DNA from: an uncultured archaeon
GTDB taxonomy: Archaea; Asgardarchaeota; Lokiarchaeia; Sigyniarchaeales; SOKP01
Length of the DNA: 64,000 nt
Assembly (NCBI GenBank): GCA_964486045.1
Contig: CAZALK010000001.1
Location: 920,837 to 984,836 of the forward strand
Reading direction: 5' to 3'
The number at the start of each line of letters is the position of its first letter. The stretch's first letter is position 1. Positions 42,200-52,713 of the stretch are shown here, piece after piece. Position numbers and translations under genes: made by a program. The notes below the pieces were generated by a model that had not been told where the DNA came from, made no database searches, and was given only the letters and a program-made list of their open reading frames with translations.

Positions 42200-42607
42200 T
42201 TAATCTAATACAATAATTTTAGAGAATCTTAGTAATGTTCCTAAATTCCGTTTTCCATTTGAACTCTTTGAAAATCTTAATTTTCTAAATCCAAACTCAT
42301 TCTTTTTCACCATCATCTCAAAAACAGAATTCTCACCATTTGAAAAAAACAATAGATCTATTGGTGTTGCCATTATTTCTAAGTCATAAATATCTAATCT
42401 TCCTTTTTTTAGGGTATAATCACCTTTATCTGCCAATAGATTTACCCAAAAATAGAATTCTTCACTCATTTGCAGCCCTAAATTAATTTTTGCTTTAAAT
42501 TTCTTTAATAGCTTCTCATTTTTAGGGTTCCTATATTTATCAATAATTATACTTTCAATAACTTGTTGAAAGGTAATGTAAAGATTATCTTTTTCTTTTT
42601 CTTTCAT
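42200..42607 (-). CDS. Divergent SCP2-like small protein
   Basis: 135 aa; KINL...KGRLDIYDLEIMATPIDLL pattern resembles an SCP2 fold. Confidence 0.45.
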   Translation of the reverse strand: MKEKEKDNLYITFQQVIESIIIDKYRNPKNEKLLKKFKAKINLGLQMSEEFYFWVNLLADKGDYTLKKGRLDIYDLEIMATPIDLLFFSNGENSVFEMMVKKNEFGFRKLRFSKSSNGKRNLGTLLRFSKIIVLD

Positions 42608-42791
42608 TTTTCTTACTTACTTAAGTTCCAAGATTTTAGAAAAATATAATTTAGTTAAGTTCAATATATTATTTTTGTTTTGTGGATTTATCATTTTATT
42701 AAATTTAATAAAATTGAAAAAACTATTATCAAAATAAATAAGAAAATCTTTTTTTTAAACCAATCAGAAATTTAAGAGGTGAAAAATAGAA

Positions 42792-43991
42792 ATGTGGCAT
42801 TTTTATAGTCCAAATATAATTTATGGAGAGGATGCTCTAGATTTTATTGAAAAAATAAAGGGAGTTAAATGTTTTATTGTAACTGATAAAAATCTTGAAG
42901 AATTGGGATATTTAAAAATATTAACAGATAAATTAGATAAGTTTGGTAAGAATTTTATTATATTTACTGATGTTGTTCCTGATCCCCATGAAGAAGATAT
43001 TATTAAGGGTAAAGCAAAATGCAATGAATTTAGTCCTGATTTGATAATTGCTTTAGGAGGGGGTTCTGTAATTGATTCTGCAAAGGCAATATGGGCAATG
43101 TATGAATATCCCGATTATACACTCGATGATATCAATGCCTTTAACGATAATTTGTATGATTTTGCAAATAAAGCAAAGATGATTGCTATTCCCACCACCT
43201 CAGGAACAGGAGCGGAAACAACTTGGGCCTTAGTTATATCTAGATTTGAGAATGGTGTGTGGAGAAAAATAGGAACGAACCATGCTTCATTAGTTCCAAC
43301 GTATGCTATAGTTGATCCCATCTTTCCTGAGGGAATGCCTCAAAAATTAACTGTAAATACTGCATTTGACGCATTAGCTCAAGCGATGGAAGGATATTCT
43401 TCTAGCTGGAGAAATGAATTTAGCGATGCTATAGGACTAAAGACTATAGAGCTGATTTTTAAGTATTTACCAGTAGTTTTTAAGGATGGAAAAAATTTGG
43501 AAGCAAGAGATTTTTTGCATCAAGCAGCCTCCATGTCAGGATTAGCCTATGGCAATAGTCAAGTTCATTTAGCTCACACTATGGGGCATAGTTGGGGTGC
43601 TGTATTTCATACTCATCATGGACAGGCAGTTGGTCTCTTTCTTCCTTATATAATTCAATTTTGTTTGAATCAATCTGGTGAAACTAATGATGCGATTAGA
43701 ATGTGTTCAGATATGGCAAAAAAGTTAGGATGGGCTAAATGGGAAGATGATGAAAAAAAAGCGGCTTTTAAAGTTGATGGAAAGATAAAAGAGCTTCAAA
43801 ATGAAGTAGATTTTATATCTAATCTAAAAGATTTAGGAGTTAAAAAAGAAGATTTTGAAAAAAATCTAGAAAAGTTAATCAGTTTATGCTTTCAAGATGT
43901 ATGTGGTGTAATGGCCCCTAGAACTCCTACTAAGGAAGAATTCATAAAACTTTATACTTATGCTTATGAAGGAAAAAACGTAGATTTCTAA
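42792..43991 (+). CDS. Iron-containing alcohol dehydrogenase
   Basis: ALGGGSVIDSAK, IPTTSGTGAE, DALAQAMEG, HTMGH, HGQAVG; SD GAGGTG. Confidence 0.9.
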   Translation: MWHFYSPNIIYGEDALDFIEKIKGVKCFIVTDKNLEELGYLKILTDKLDKFGKNFIIFTDVVPDPHEEDIIKGKAKCNEFSPDLIIALGGGSVIDSAKAIWAMYEYPDYTLDDINAFNDNLYDFANKAKMIAIPTTSGTGAETTWALVISRFENGVWRKIGTNHASLVPTYAIVDPIFPEGMPQKLTVNTAFDALAQAMEGYSSSWRNEFSDAIGLKTIELIFKYLPVVFKDGKNLEARDFLHQAASMSGLAYGNSQVHLAHTMGHSWGAVFHTHHGQAVGLFLPYIIQFCLNQSGETNDAIRMCSDMAKKLGWAKWEDDEKKAAFKVDGKIKELQNEVDFISNLKDLGVKKEDFEKNLEKLISLCFQDVCGVMAPRTPTKEEFIKLYTYAYEGKNVDF

Positions 43992-44148
43992 ATTTAAATT
44001 TTACTCTTATTTCTTTTTATTATTAATTTTTATCTCTGAATACCATATTCTATGCTCAATTTCATTGAATTAAATATATGATAAACATAAATATAACGAT
44101 ACGATATTATCTTTTTAAAGAATATGTACAAAGAATTTTATAAGAATT

Positions 44149-45899
44149 TTGGTTGAATACGAGAATATGACAATTCCTGATAAAGAACAAGAAGCATTAG
44201 AGTTATTAGAAAGCCATGTAGAAGCATCAATACCAGAGATATCAGAATTAGAGCGTTACAATTTTGCATTTGAAGTTCTAAATAATCATGTTACTGGAAT
44301 CAGCCTCTTTTCTTGCGGATTATCTTCAATTCCAAAAATTATTGAATCATTTTCTTTTCTTAAAGAACTTTATCTAAGAGGTAATAATTTAAGTTCAATT
44401 CCTGATGAATTATGCACACTCCCGGTTCTTGAAATAATAGATTTAAGTGAAAACCGATTAAATGAACTACCAGATTTAATTAAATCTTTATCAAAGCTGA
44501 GAGAATTACATTTAGAATCAAACCGTTTGACAAATTTACCAGATTCTTTTGGAGATCTTATCTCCTTAGAGTTATTGGATTTGAGTGAAAATCAAATAGT
44601 GAATATTCCATCTTCCTTAGGGAAATTGAGTAAGTTAAAAACACTAGATCTAAGCTCAAATGAAATACTAGATTTACCCGATTCTCTGGGGGAACTTAAT
44701 TCACTAAAAGTACTTTATCTAGGAAAAACAAGCTTGAAACTCTACCTGGATCAATTGGTTATCTCAAATCAATTAAGAGACTAAATTTAAGAAATAACAA
44801 ATTAACTAATCTTCCAGCTACGATAGGTGATTTAAGCTCATTAACCTCATTATTCTTAAAAGGAAATCTCTTAAAAAGTATTCCTAGTTCAATAGGGGCA
44901 CTAAATAACCTAAAATACCTTGGTTTAACCTCTAATCGTTTAGACTCTCTTCCTTCTGCTATTGGTTCGCTTTCTGCACTAGAAAACTTAAGTATTTCAT
45001 CAAATGAATTACTTGAATTACCACCTACAATAGATTCTCTTAAATCCTTATTAAGACTTGAAATTTCTGATAATAAGTTAAAATCCCTACCGGAATCTAT
45101 TGGAGGTCTTACTTCTCTTAAGATATTAAGATGTGATCGCAATAACCTTATTCAACTTCCTAATTCTATTGGAAATTTATCCTCACTTGAAACCTTAAAA
45201 ATTGATATTAATAATTTGAAGAATTTACCTGAATCTATTGGACTATTAAAGCTTTTAAAGGAGTTAAATTTGTATGATAACAAAATAGATAATCTTCCAG
45301 GATCCATAGGAGCTCTTTCATCATTAGAAATTTTAGATCTCAGTAAAAATGAACTCTCAAGTCTTCCTGATTCAATTGGTTCATTAGATTCACTTATAGA
45401 GTTAGATCTATCTACAAATAAGCTAACTTACATACCTCCATCAATTGGGGCCCTTCCTAAAATAAAGAATCTAATTTTAGGTTTCAATCGATTGGTAGAT
45501 ATTCCAAAATCCCTTGGATTTCTTACAACATTGGAAATTTTAGATTTAGGAAAAAATCGATTAAATTTTATCCCTGAAACAATAGGATCACTGACATCCC
45601 TTAAATATTTATATCTCTATTATAATGAGTTAGGTAGTATTCCAGACTCAATTGGATCTTTACACTCTTTGAAATATATGTATATAGGGAATAACAAATT
45701 AAATGTACTCCCCGAATCGGTAGGACACTTGAAATCCTTAAAATATTTATTCTTAAGATCAAATTTCTTAACTGAACTACCTAAAACACTTGAGTTATTA
45801 CCATCCTTGCAATATTTAAATATTGAAAAGAATAACTTCAAAGGTTATTTGCGTTTTATACATAATTTGGAAATTAGAGGTATAAAAATTTTAAAATAA
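44149..45899 (+). CDS. Leucine-rich repeat protein (about 22 repeats of 23 aa), interrupted by a single 1-nt frameshift at 44724-44728
   Basis: ORFs 44149-44784 and 45216-45899 are joined by a continuous LRR-coding frame (NKLETLPGSIGYLKSIKRLNLRNNKL...) starting right at GGAAAAAC; consensus LxxLxLxxNxLxxLPxSIGxL. Confidence 0.88.
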
Positions 45900-46051
45900 T
45901 AGGGTAAAATGGCTGTTTTTTTCCCTTTCTAAATAAAATTTCTTGTTAAAAAATCATTTCCATTATAACAGGAAACGTTTCTGCATTCTTCTTTTTAAAA
46001 CCATCAATAAAAATAACATGATTTAAATATTAAACGCCGCTAGATAAAAGT

Positions 46052-48076
46052 ATGGATGTTTCAAAAGCTATGAGAATCAAATTATCGAATGAACTACCGA
46101 TATATCCTAAATTTATCGAAGGAATAAGAAGGGCACCATCAAGGGGCTACACTCTTAATGCTTCGCAGACAAAGTTAGCATTAAAAAATGCGTTAAGATA
46201 TATCGATCCTTCTTTACATGAAACGATAACACTAGAATTCTTAAAAGAACTGGTTCAAAGAGGAAGAATCTATGGTTACAGATTCAGACCCGAGGGACAC
46301 ATAAAGGCTAAACCAATAGAGGAATATTCTGGAAAGATACTCGAAGGAAAAGCCTTACAAGTAATGATTGATAACAATCTTGATTTTGATATTGCATTAT
46401 ATCCTTATGAATTAGTAACATATGGGGAAAGCGGACAAGTTTTTCAAAATTGGATGCAATATCGGTTAGTAAAAAAATATTTAGAAGAAATGACAGAAAA
46501 TCAAACTCTTGTTATAGCCTCAGGACATCCTGTTGGACTTTTTCCTTCATCAGAAATGGCTCCTAGAGTAATTTCTACAAATGGGTTAATGATTGGGATT
46601 TTTGATAATTCAATCGATTTCTCATCTGCAGCTGCACTTGGTGTAGCTAATTACGGACAAATGACGGCGGGAGGATGGATGTATATAGGACCTCAAGGAA
46701 TCGTACACGGAACTTACATAACACTAATGAACGCAGGAAGAATATATCTCAATATTCCTCAAGAAAAGAATTTAAGTGGAGTAGTATACATCTCTTCTGG
46801 CCTTGGTGGCATGAGTGGAGCTCAAGCTAAGGCTGTCGAAATTGCAGGTGGGATCGGAGTGATTGCAGAAGTTGATGAGTCAAGAATCAAATCAAGGTAT
46901 GACCAAGGATGGGTTTCTATGATCTCTGACGATTTGGATGAAATTTTTGAATGGGTAAATGACGCTAGAGAAACTGGTAGATCTTTATCAATTGCGTATA
47001 ATGGGAATGTTGTTAATTTATGGAAATATGTTGTTGAAAATAACATAAAAGTAGAGCTTGCATCAGATCAAACTTCTTGTCATGCAGTTTATGAGGGTGG
47101 TTATACACCCTACCAGATCACTTTTAAAGAAGGGAGAGAGTTAATTAGATCTGATATTGACAGATTTAAGCAACTAGTTAATGAATCTTTAAGAGAACAA
47201 TTTAGATATATTAAAGTAATGAAAGAAAATAGACACACTTTTTTCTGGGATTATGGAAATTCCTTTTTGAAGGCAGTGTATGATGCTGGAGTTAATGAAA
47301 TCACAAAAAATGGTGTAGACCTATCTGATGGATTTATCTTCCCCTCTTATGTAGAAGACATTATGGGTCCTATATGTTTTGATTTCGGTTATGGACCATT
47401 TCGATGGGTGTGCCTTTCAGGAAAAGAAGAAGATTTAGAAAAAACCGATCTGGCCGCAATGAGTTGTATTAATCCCGAAAAGAGAGCTCAAGATCGAGAT
47501 AATTATAATTGGATTCAAAATGCTAAAAAAAATAGGTTAGTAGTTGGTACCAAAGCAAGAATTTTGTATGCTGCTGCTAAAGAAAGAATTAATATCGCTC
47601 TTAAATTTAATGATTTAACGAGAAAAGGTAAAATTGGACCAATAATGATAGGGCGAGATCATCATGACGTATCAGGAACAGATTCACCATTTAGGGAAAC
47701 TTCCAATATTAAAGATGGAAGTAATGTAATGGCGGAAATGGCTGTCCACAGTTTTACTGGAAATGCCGTTAGAGGAATGACTTATGTAGTTTTATCTAAT
47801 GGAGGTGGTGTTGGGGTTGGAAAAAGCATTAATGGTGGTTTTGGGTTAGTTCTCGATGGTTCTGAAAAGGTAGATTCTATCATTAAGAATGCAATTGAAT
47901 GGGATGTTATGGGAGGAATCGCTCGTAGGGGTTGGGCAAGAAACCCAAACGCTTTTGAAACAAGTTATAACTGGAATATCGAAAATAAGGAAAGAGGACA
48001 TTTAACCTTACCATTTATAGCTGAAGATAAACTATTAGATAATATTATAAAAGATTATTTTAGAAAAAATTCTTAA
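46052..48076 (+). CDS. hutU: Urocanate hydratase (long, ~670-aa type)
   Basis: IYGYRFRP, MIDNNLD, YPYELVTYG, YGQMTAGGWMYIGPQGIVHGT, GLGGMSGAQ, SDQTSCH, GRDHHDVSGTDSPFRET. Confidence 0.95.
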   Translation: MDVSKAMRIKLSNELPIYPKFIEGIRRAPSRGYTLNASQTKLALKNALRYIDPSLHETITLEFLKELVQRGRIYGYRFRPEGHIKAKPIEEYSGKILEGKALQVMIDNNLDFDIALYPYELVTYGESGQVFQNWMQYRLVKKYLEEMTENQTLVIASGHPVGLFPSSEMAPRVISTNGLMIGIFDNSIDFSSAAALGVANYGQMTAGGWMYIGPQGIVHGTYITLMNAGRIYLNIPQEKNLSGVVYISSGLGGMSGAQAKAVEIAGGIGVIAEVDESRIKSRYDQGWVSMISDDLDEIFEWVNDARETGRSLSIAYNGNVVNLWKYVVENNIKVELASDQTSCHAVYEGGYTPYQITFKEGRELIRSDIDRFKQLVNESLREQFRYIKVMKENRHTFFWDYGNSFLKAVYDAGVNEITKNGVDLSDGFIFPSYVEDIMGPICFDFGYGPFRWVCLSGKEEDLEKTDLAAMSCINPEKRAQDRDNYNWIQNAKKNRLVVGTKARILYAAAKERINIALKFNDLTRKGKIGPIMIGRDHHDVSGTDSPFRETSNIKDGSNVMAEMAVHSFTGNAVRGMTYVVLSNGGGVGVGKSINGGFGLVLDGSEKVDSIIKNAIEWDVMGGIARRGWARNPNAFETSYNWNIENKERGHLTLPFIAEDKLLDNIIKDYFRKNS

Positions 48077-48137
48077 AGCTGATTTATTTTTATCTTAAAT
48101 CTAGTGTTCTTATAAATATTTCAAGGTTACTTATGAA

Positions 48138-49643
48138 ATGAATAACAAGTTTCGATATGGTTCCGATAAGTTAACAATAGAAATTGCCCTGAGTTTAGCA
48201 AGAGGGGAAATAAAAGGAGAAATTACTGATGAGGTAAAATCAAAAATATTGAAAAGTTTTGATGCAGTAAAATCAATTGTTCAGGGAGATAAACTTGTGT
48301 ATAGTATTAATACTGGTTTTGGGTCATTGTGTTCAACTAAAATTTCACTTAAAGAGACCAAAAATCTACAAAAAAATCTTCTAAAAAGTCATAGTGTAGG
48401 TGTAGGCTCTCCAATAGATAAAGAAATTTCAAAATTAATGTTAATTCTAAAAGTCCATGTTCTCTGCCTTGGGTTCTCTGGGATATCTTTACAAGTAATA
48501 GAAAGAATTATCTGGCACATAGATAATGGTTATTTACCACTTGTACCTGAACAGGGCTCAGTAGGGGCTTCAGGTGATTTAGCACCTCTAGCGCATTTAT
48601 TTTTGCCTTTGATTGGATTAGGATATTTAACTAAAGATGGTATAAATTACAATGAATCTGAAAAAATCCTAAAAGAGCATAAACTTGAACCAATAGATCT
48701 CCAAGCAAAGGAAGGCTTAGCTTTAATCAATGGAACTCAATTTATAGCTGCTTTTGCTGTTATAATTGCTGAAAAATTCTCAAATTGCCTTGATCATGCT
48801 GATCTCATCAGTGGTTTATCCCTTGATAGTTACTTAGGATCTATCCAACCATTCGAGCAAAAATTAATAGAATTACGCCCCCATCGTGGATCGCTAATCG
48901 TGGCTGAAAGAATGAGAAAAATACTTAAGAATTCACAATTAGTAGAGTCACATAAAGATTGTGGACGCGTGCAAGATCCATATTCTATTAGATGTATACC
49001 ACAAGTTCATGGTGCTTCGAGGGATGCTTTCTCCCATTTTAAAGAAAAATTGGAATGTGAATTGAACTCTGTCACTGATAATCCTGTAATTTTTAGTAAA
49101 GAAGAGACATATAGCGGTGGTAATTTTCATGGTCAACCATTAGCTTTACCATTAGATTATGTGAGCCTAGCTGCGGCTGAAATTGGAAATATCTCTGATC
49201 GGAGGATCTATTTACTTTTAGAGGGAAAATGGGGCTTACCCCAATATTTAATCGAAAACGCGGGTTTAAATTCTGGGTTTATGATGACTCAATACGTGTC
49301 TGCAGCTTTAGCCAGCGAAAACAAATCTCTTTGTTTTCCTGCAAGTGCAGATAGCATTCCTACAGGGGGTGGTCAAGAAGATCATGTAAGTATGGGATCT
49401 ATTAGTGCCAGAAAAACACTTAGAATTATAGAAAACCTAGAAAAGATTCTCGCTATAGAACTCTTATGTGCTGCACAAGCTTTTGATTTCAGAAAACCGT
49501 TAAAGTCAAGTAGAATTCTAGAAGAATGCCATAAACGTATACGTGAAATTATACCATTTATAAAAGAAGACACAATCTTGTCTGAATATATCAATTCTGC
49601 AATAGAAATTATAAGGAGTGATGAATTATTAAAAATCGCTTAG
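48138..49643 (+). CDS. hutH: Histidine ammonia-lyase
   Basis: YSINTGFG, GSVGASGDLAPL (MIO Ala-Ser-Gly), KEGLALINGT, QDPYSIRC, GGNFHG, QEDHVSMG. Confidence 0.96.
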   Translation: MNNKFRYGSDKLTIEIALSLARGEIKGEITDEVKSKILKSFDAVKSIVQGDKLVYSINTGFGSLCSTKISLKETKNLQKNLLKSHSVGVGSPIDKEISKLMLILKVHVLCLGFSGISLQVIERIIWHIDNGYLPLVPEQGSVGASGDLAPLAHLFLPLIGLGYLTKDGINYNESEKILKEHKLEPIDLQAKEGLALINGTQFIAAFAVIIAEKFSNCLDHADLISGLSLDSYLGSIQPFEQKLIELRPHRGSLIVAERMRKILKNSQLVESHKDCGRVQDPYSIRCIPQVHGASRDAFSHFKEKLECELNSVTDNPVIFSKEETYSGGNFHGQPLALPLDYVSLAAAEIGNISDRRIYLLLEGKWGLPQYLIENAGLNSGFMMTQYVSAALASENKSLCFPASADSIPTGGGQEDHVSMGSISARKTLRIIENLEKILAIELLCAAQAFDFRKPLKSSRILEECHKRIREIIPFIKEDTILSEYINSAIEIIRSDELLKIA

Positions 49644-49662
49644 AAATTAAAGAGGTAATTTT

Positions 49663-50970
49663 TTGTTTGTAGCATCAACTTATGAAAAAAAGGAAATTTT
49701 TGCTGAAAGCGAACCAAATCTTGTTATAATTGGTGCAAACGAATTAGTCACTATGAATACAGCCTATGGTGCACCAAAAATTGGTGAAGATATGTCTAAT
49801 TTAGCTATTATCAATGATGGGGCCATTGCTATAAAAGACGATAGGATTATCTTCACGGGTTCAACAGACGAGTTAAGATCAAAATACAATATAAAGAAAA
49901 TTGAAACTAAAATTGATGCTTCAAATAAATTAGTAACACCTGGTTTTGTAGATCCACATACCCATATCATTTTTGATGGCACACGAGAAAATGAATTATC
50001 CATGAAACTTGAGGGAAAATCATATCTCGATATTCTTAATGAAGGAGGTGGGATTTTAAAAACTGTTAGGGATACTAGGAAAGCTTCAATAGAGAAACTA
50101 ATTCTGAACGGTAAAAAAATTTTGGATCAGATGTTGGCTTACGGTACGACTACAATTGAAACAAAATCTGGTTATGGTTTAACAACTGAAAGTGAGATAA
50201 AAATATTAAGGGCAGTTAAAACCTTAAATATGGAACATTGCATAGATATAATTCCAACTTTTTTAGGTGCTCACGCGATACCGGTAGAATATCAAAATAA
50301 TCCAGATCAATATATTGATTTAATAATCACTGAAATGATTCCTGGTATCGTTAAAGAAAATCTTGCCGAATTTTGTGATGTCTTCTGTGAAGAAGGTATA
50401 TTTTCTATTGAAGAGACTAAAAAAATATTACAGACAGCAAAGAGATATGGTTTACAATCTCTAATTCATGTTGATGAGATTGTTGATACTAACGGTGCTA
50501 TGTTAGCAGCCGAAATGATGGCAGTGCAAGCAAGTCATTTATTAAAATCGAATGAAGAAGGTTTAAAAGCCATGGCAGAAGCTAATGTTATCGCTACGCT
50601 TCTACCAGGAACACCATTTTGCTCAATGTCTAATGATTATGCACCGGCAAGAAGAATGGTTGATCTAGGAATACCTATTGCATTAGGAACTGATTTAAAT
50701 CCAAATTGTTGGACACCATCAATGCAGATGATAATTAGTTTAGCGTGTTTCTGTATGCAACTTTCACCTGCTGAAGCATTAACCGCGTCTACAATAAATA
50801 GTGCTTGTGCAATCCAACGACAGGATGAAATAGGAAGTATTGAGATTGGTAAAAAAGCAGATTTGATAATTTTTGATGTTCCGAATCATCAATTCCTTCC
50901 TTATCAATTTGGAGTAAACCTTGTATCAGATGTTATAAAAAATGGGAGGATCGTAGTAAGAAATAGCTAA
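49663..50970 (+). CDS. hutI: Imidazolonepropionase
   Basis: PGFVDPHTH, GGGILKTV, GTTTIETKSGYGL, GAH, DVFCE, HVDE, TDLNP; TTG start after GAGGT. Confidence 0.93.
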   Translation: MFVASTYEKKEIFAESEPNLVIIGANELVTMNTAYGAPKIGEDMSNLAIINDGAIAIKDDRIIFTGSTDELRSKYNIKKIETKIDASNKLVTPGFVDPHTHIIFDGTRENELSMKLEGKSYLDILNEGGGILKTVRDTRKASIEKLILNGKKILDQMLAYGTTTIETKSGYGLTTESEIKILRAVKTLNMEHCIDIIPTFLGAHAIPVEYQNNPDQYIDLIITEMIPGIVKENLAEFCDVFCEEGIFSIEETKKILQTAKRYGLQSLIHVDEIVDTNGAMLAAEMMAVQASHLLKSNEEGLKAMAEANVIATLLPGTPFCSMSNDYAPARRMVDLGIPIALGTDLNPNCWTPSMQMIISLACFCMQLSPAEALTASTINSACAIQRQDEIGSIEIGKKADLIIFDVPNHQFLPYQFGVNLVSDVIKNGRIVVRNS

Positions 50971-50986
50971 TCAACCCAAAAAAATC

Positions 50987-51904
50987 TTAAAAATCAAAAT
51001 AATGTTCAAGTAAGTGTTTTTCTTCTAGCTTTTGAGGTTTTTCAAGCTGTAGATAATACTCTATTGAATTCAATACAGCATCTAAAGGTAAAACACCTAC
51101 CAATTCTGTACCAACTATAGAAACACCAAATCGAGCAGCTTCAATTCTAACAAGTTCCATTTGTCTGTAGAGGGGAGTTTTACGATAATTGATATTGCTA
51201 ATTCCTACTTGTACATAATCTCTTTTAGCTAGTTCTGTCCCCATTGCTTTAATATTTACTAACCCTCCAGAACGCAGGTGAATGGATTTTGCAACTTTTT
51301 TAGCAATATTAATATTTTTTGTTCCTAGATTAATATTAAAGCTAATTAATGGATATCTAGCTCCCGTAATAATAGCTCCTGCAGTAGGGTGAAGTTCCAT
51401 TGGTCCATAGTCTGGTTTTCGCTCGGGATCAGTTTTTATAGAGTCTTTCAGCCCTTCATATTCTCCTACCCTAATATTATCAATATTTTTCCTCTCCATT
51501 TTGCGTGCTGATTCTTCATATAGATATACAGGTATTCCTTCCTTTGCCATAGTCTCCGCAAATTTACTAGATAATTGAATACATTCCTCGATTGTAACAT
51601 TTTGTGCTGGAACAAACGGAACTACATCAACAGCTCCAATTCGAGGATGTTGTCCTTTATGTTTATTCATATTAATTAGTTCAATTCCTTTTTTCGCAGC
51701 AGCTACATTAGCAATTAAAACTGCTTGGGGTGTTCCTAGGAAAGTAACCACCGTTCGATTATAGTCAGTATCATACTGAACATCAACAATACGAGTATTT
51801 GGTGTGTTTTCAATCTCTGATACTATCATTTTAATTTTCGCAGCATCAATTCCCTCACTATAATTTGGAACTGATTCGACAATTTTCTTTTTTCCCTTTT
51901 CCAT
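50987..51904 (-). CDS. ftcd: Glutamate formimidoyltransferase (FTCD formiminotransferase domain only)
   Basis: VESVPNYSEG, DYNRTV, HKGQHPRIGAVDVVPFVP, PVYLYE, IRVGEYEGL, PDYGP..HPTAGA, ELVG. Confidence 0.92.
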   Translation of the reverse strand: MEKGKKKIVESVPNYSEGIDAAKIKMIVSEIENTPNTRIVDVQYDTDYNRTVVTFLGTPQAVLIANVAAAKKGIELINMNKHKGQHPRIGAVDVVPFVPAQNVTIEECIQLSSKFAETMAKEGIPVYLYEESARKMERKNIDNIRVGEYEGLKDSIKTDPERKPDYGPMELHPTAGAIITGARYPLISFNINLGTKNINIAKKVAKSIHLRSGGLVNIKAMGTELAKRDYVQVGISNINYRKTPLYRQMELVRIEAARFGVSIVGTELVGVLPLDAVLNSIEYYLQLEKPQKLEEKHLLEHYFDF

Positions 51905-52101
51905 TAAAACAGCCTTTTATATGTGTTTTGATCTAAAAAAAAAAATTTAGGGATAAATTAATATTATCTTTAAGAATTGATAAAATTAATCTTTAATCAT
52001 AATGAATAGACCTTTTTAGGGTAAGTTCTATCTGTTAATTTATTCGAAGAAAAAGTGTTTAAAATCTTAGATAAAATGAAAGATTAATTCATTCACTTCC
52101 T

Positions 52102-52521
52102 TTAATTAATTCCGAATCTTTTTAATATTACTTTTGCTGGGGGGAATAGAAAATTTTCCTGTTTAGCAAACTTTTCAGCATGGTAATAAGAATTTTTTAA
52201 GATGAATGTATCTACTATTTTTCTTACTGGTTGAGGAGCATTTTGCATTAAGAATTCAACCTTATTTTGCTCAAGAGATTCTAAGATACATTCACCATCA
52301 AAATTTATTTCCCCTAGATCTGACCTCATAACTAATCTAAAATGAAATTTAATCTTTCTCTCATTTGGACTAATTAGACGATAACCTAAAATATCAATAA
52401 AATGTTGAAATTGAATTTTAGTCCAATTTAAAGTCGATTTAAATGTTCCCCTTAAAAGAAATTCATCAGAAAATTTAAAATCTCTAAATTTAATGTCAAA
52501 ATCAATTGATCTTCTTCCCAC
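52102..52521 (-). CDS. Hypothetical protein, possible SecB-like fold
   Basis: 139 aa, GTG start; beta-strand run (KFHFRL..LGEINFDGECIL) followed by helices ending FPP. Confidence 0.5.
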   Translation of the reverse strand: MGRRSIDFDIKFRDFKFSDEFLLRGTFKSTLNWTKIQFQHFIDILGYRLISPNERKIKFHFRLVMRSDLGEINFDGECILESLEQNKVEFLMQNAPQPVRKIVDTFILKNSYYHAEKFAKQENFLFPPAKVILKRFGIN

Positions 52522-52669
52522 TTAACTCACTTTTTTCATTATTATAATTAGAATTCCAAAAGTACCAAACAGCATCTATGTAATCTGTTTTTTCTTCAAA
52601 TTTTCTTGACTTTCGTTTGATATACCATTGTTTTATTTTATCAATTTTATTTTTAAACAATTCATTCAC
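52502..52669 (-). CDS. Small hypothetical protein (55 aa)
   Basis: Manual translation VNELFKNKIDKIKQWYIKRKSRKFEEKTDYIDAVWYFWNS...; overlaps the start of 52102-52521; below the ORF-track cut-off. Confidence 0.35.
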   Translation of the reverse strand: MNELFKNKIDKIKQWYIKRKSRKFEEKTDYIDAVWYFWNSNYNNEKSELSGKKIN

Positions 52670-52713
52670 TTCTTTTTATTTTTTTTTATAATATTTTTTT
52701 TATATATTTAAGC

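Noticed and set aside
45972-45981. GAAACGTTTC palindrome upstream of hutU as a hut operator
   Set aside because: Only 10 bp, no second copy seen at the other hut-related promoter, and no regulator gene nearby
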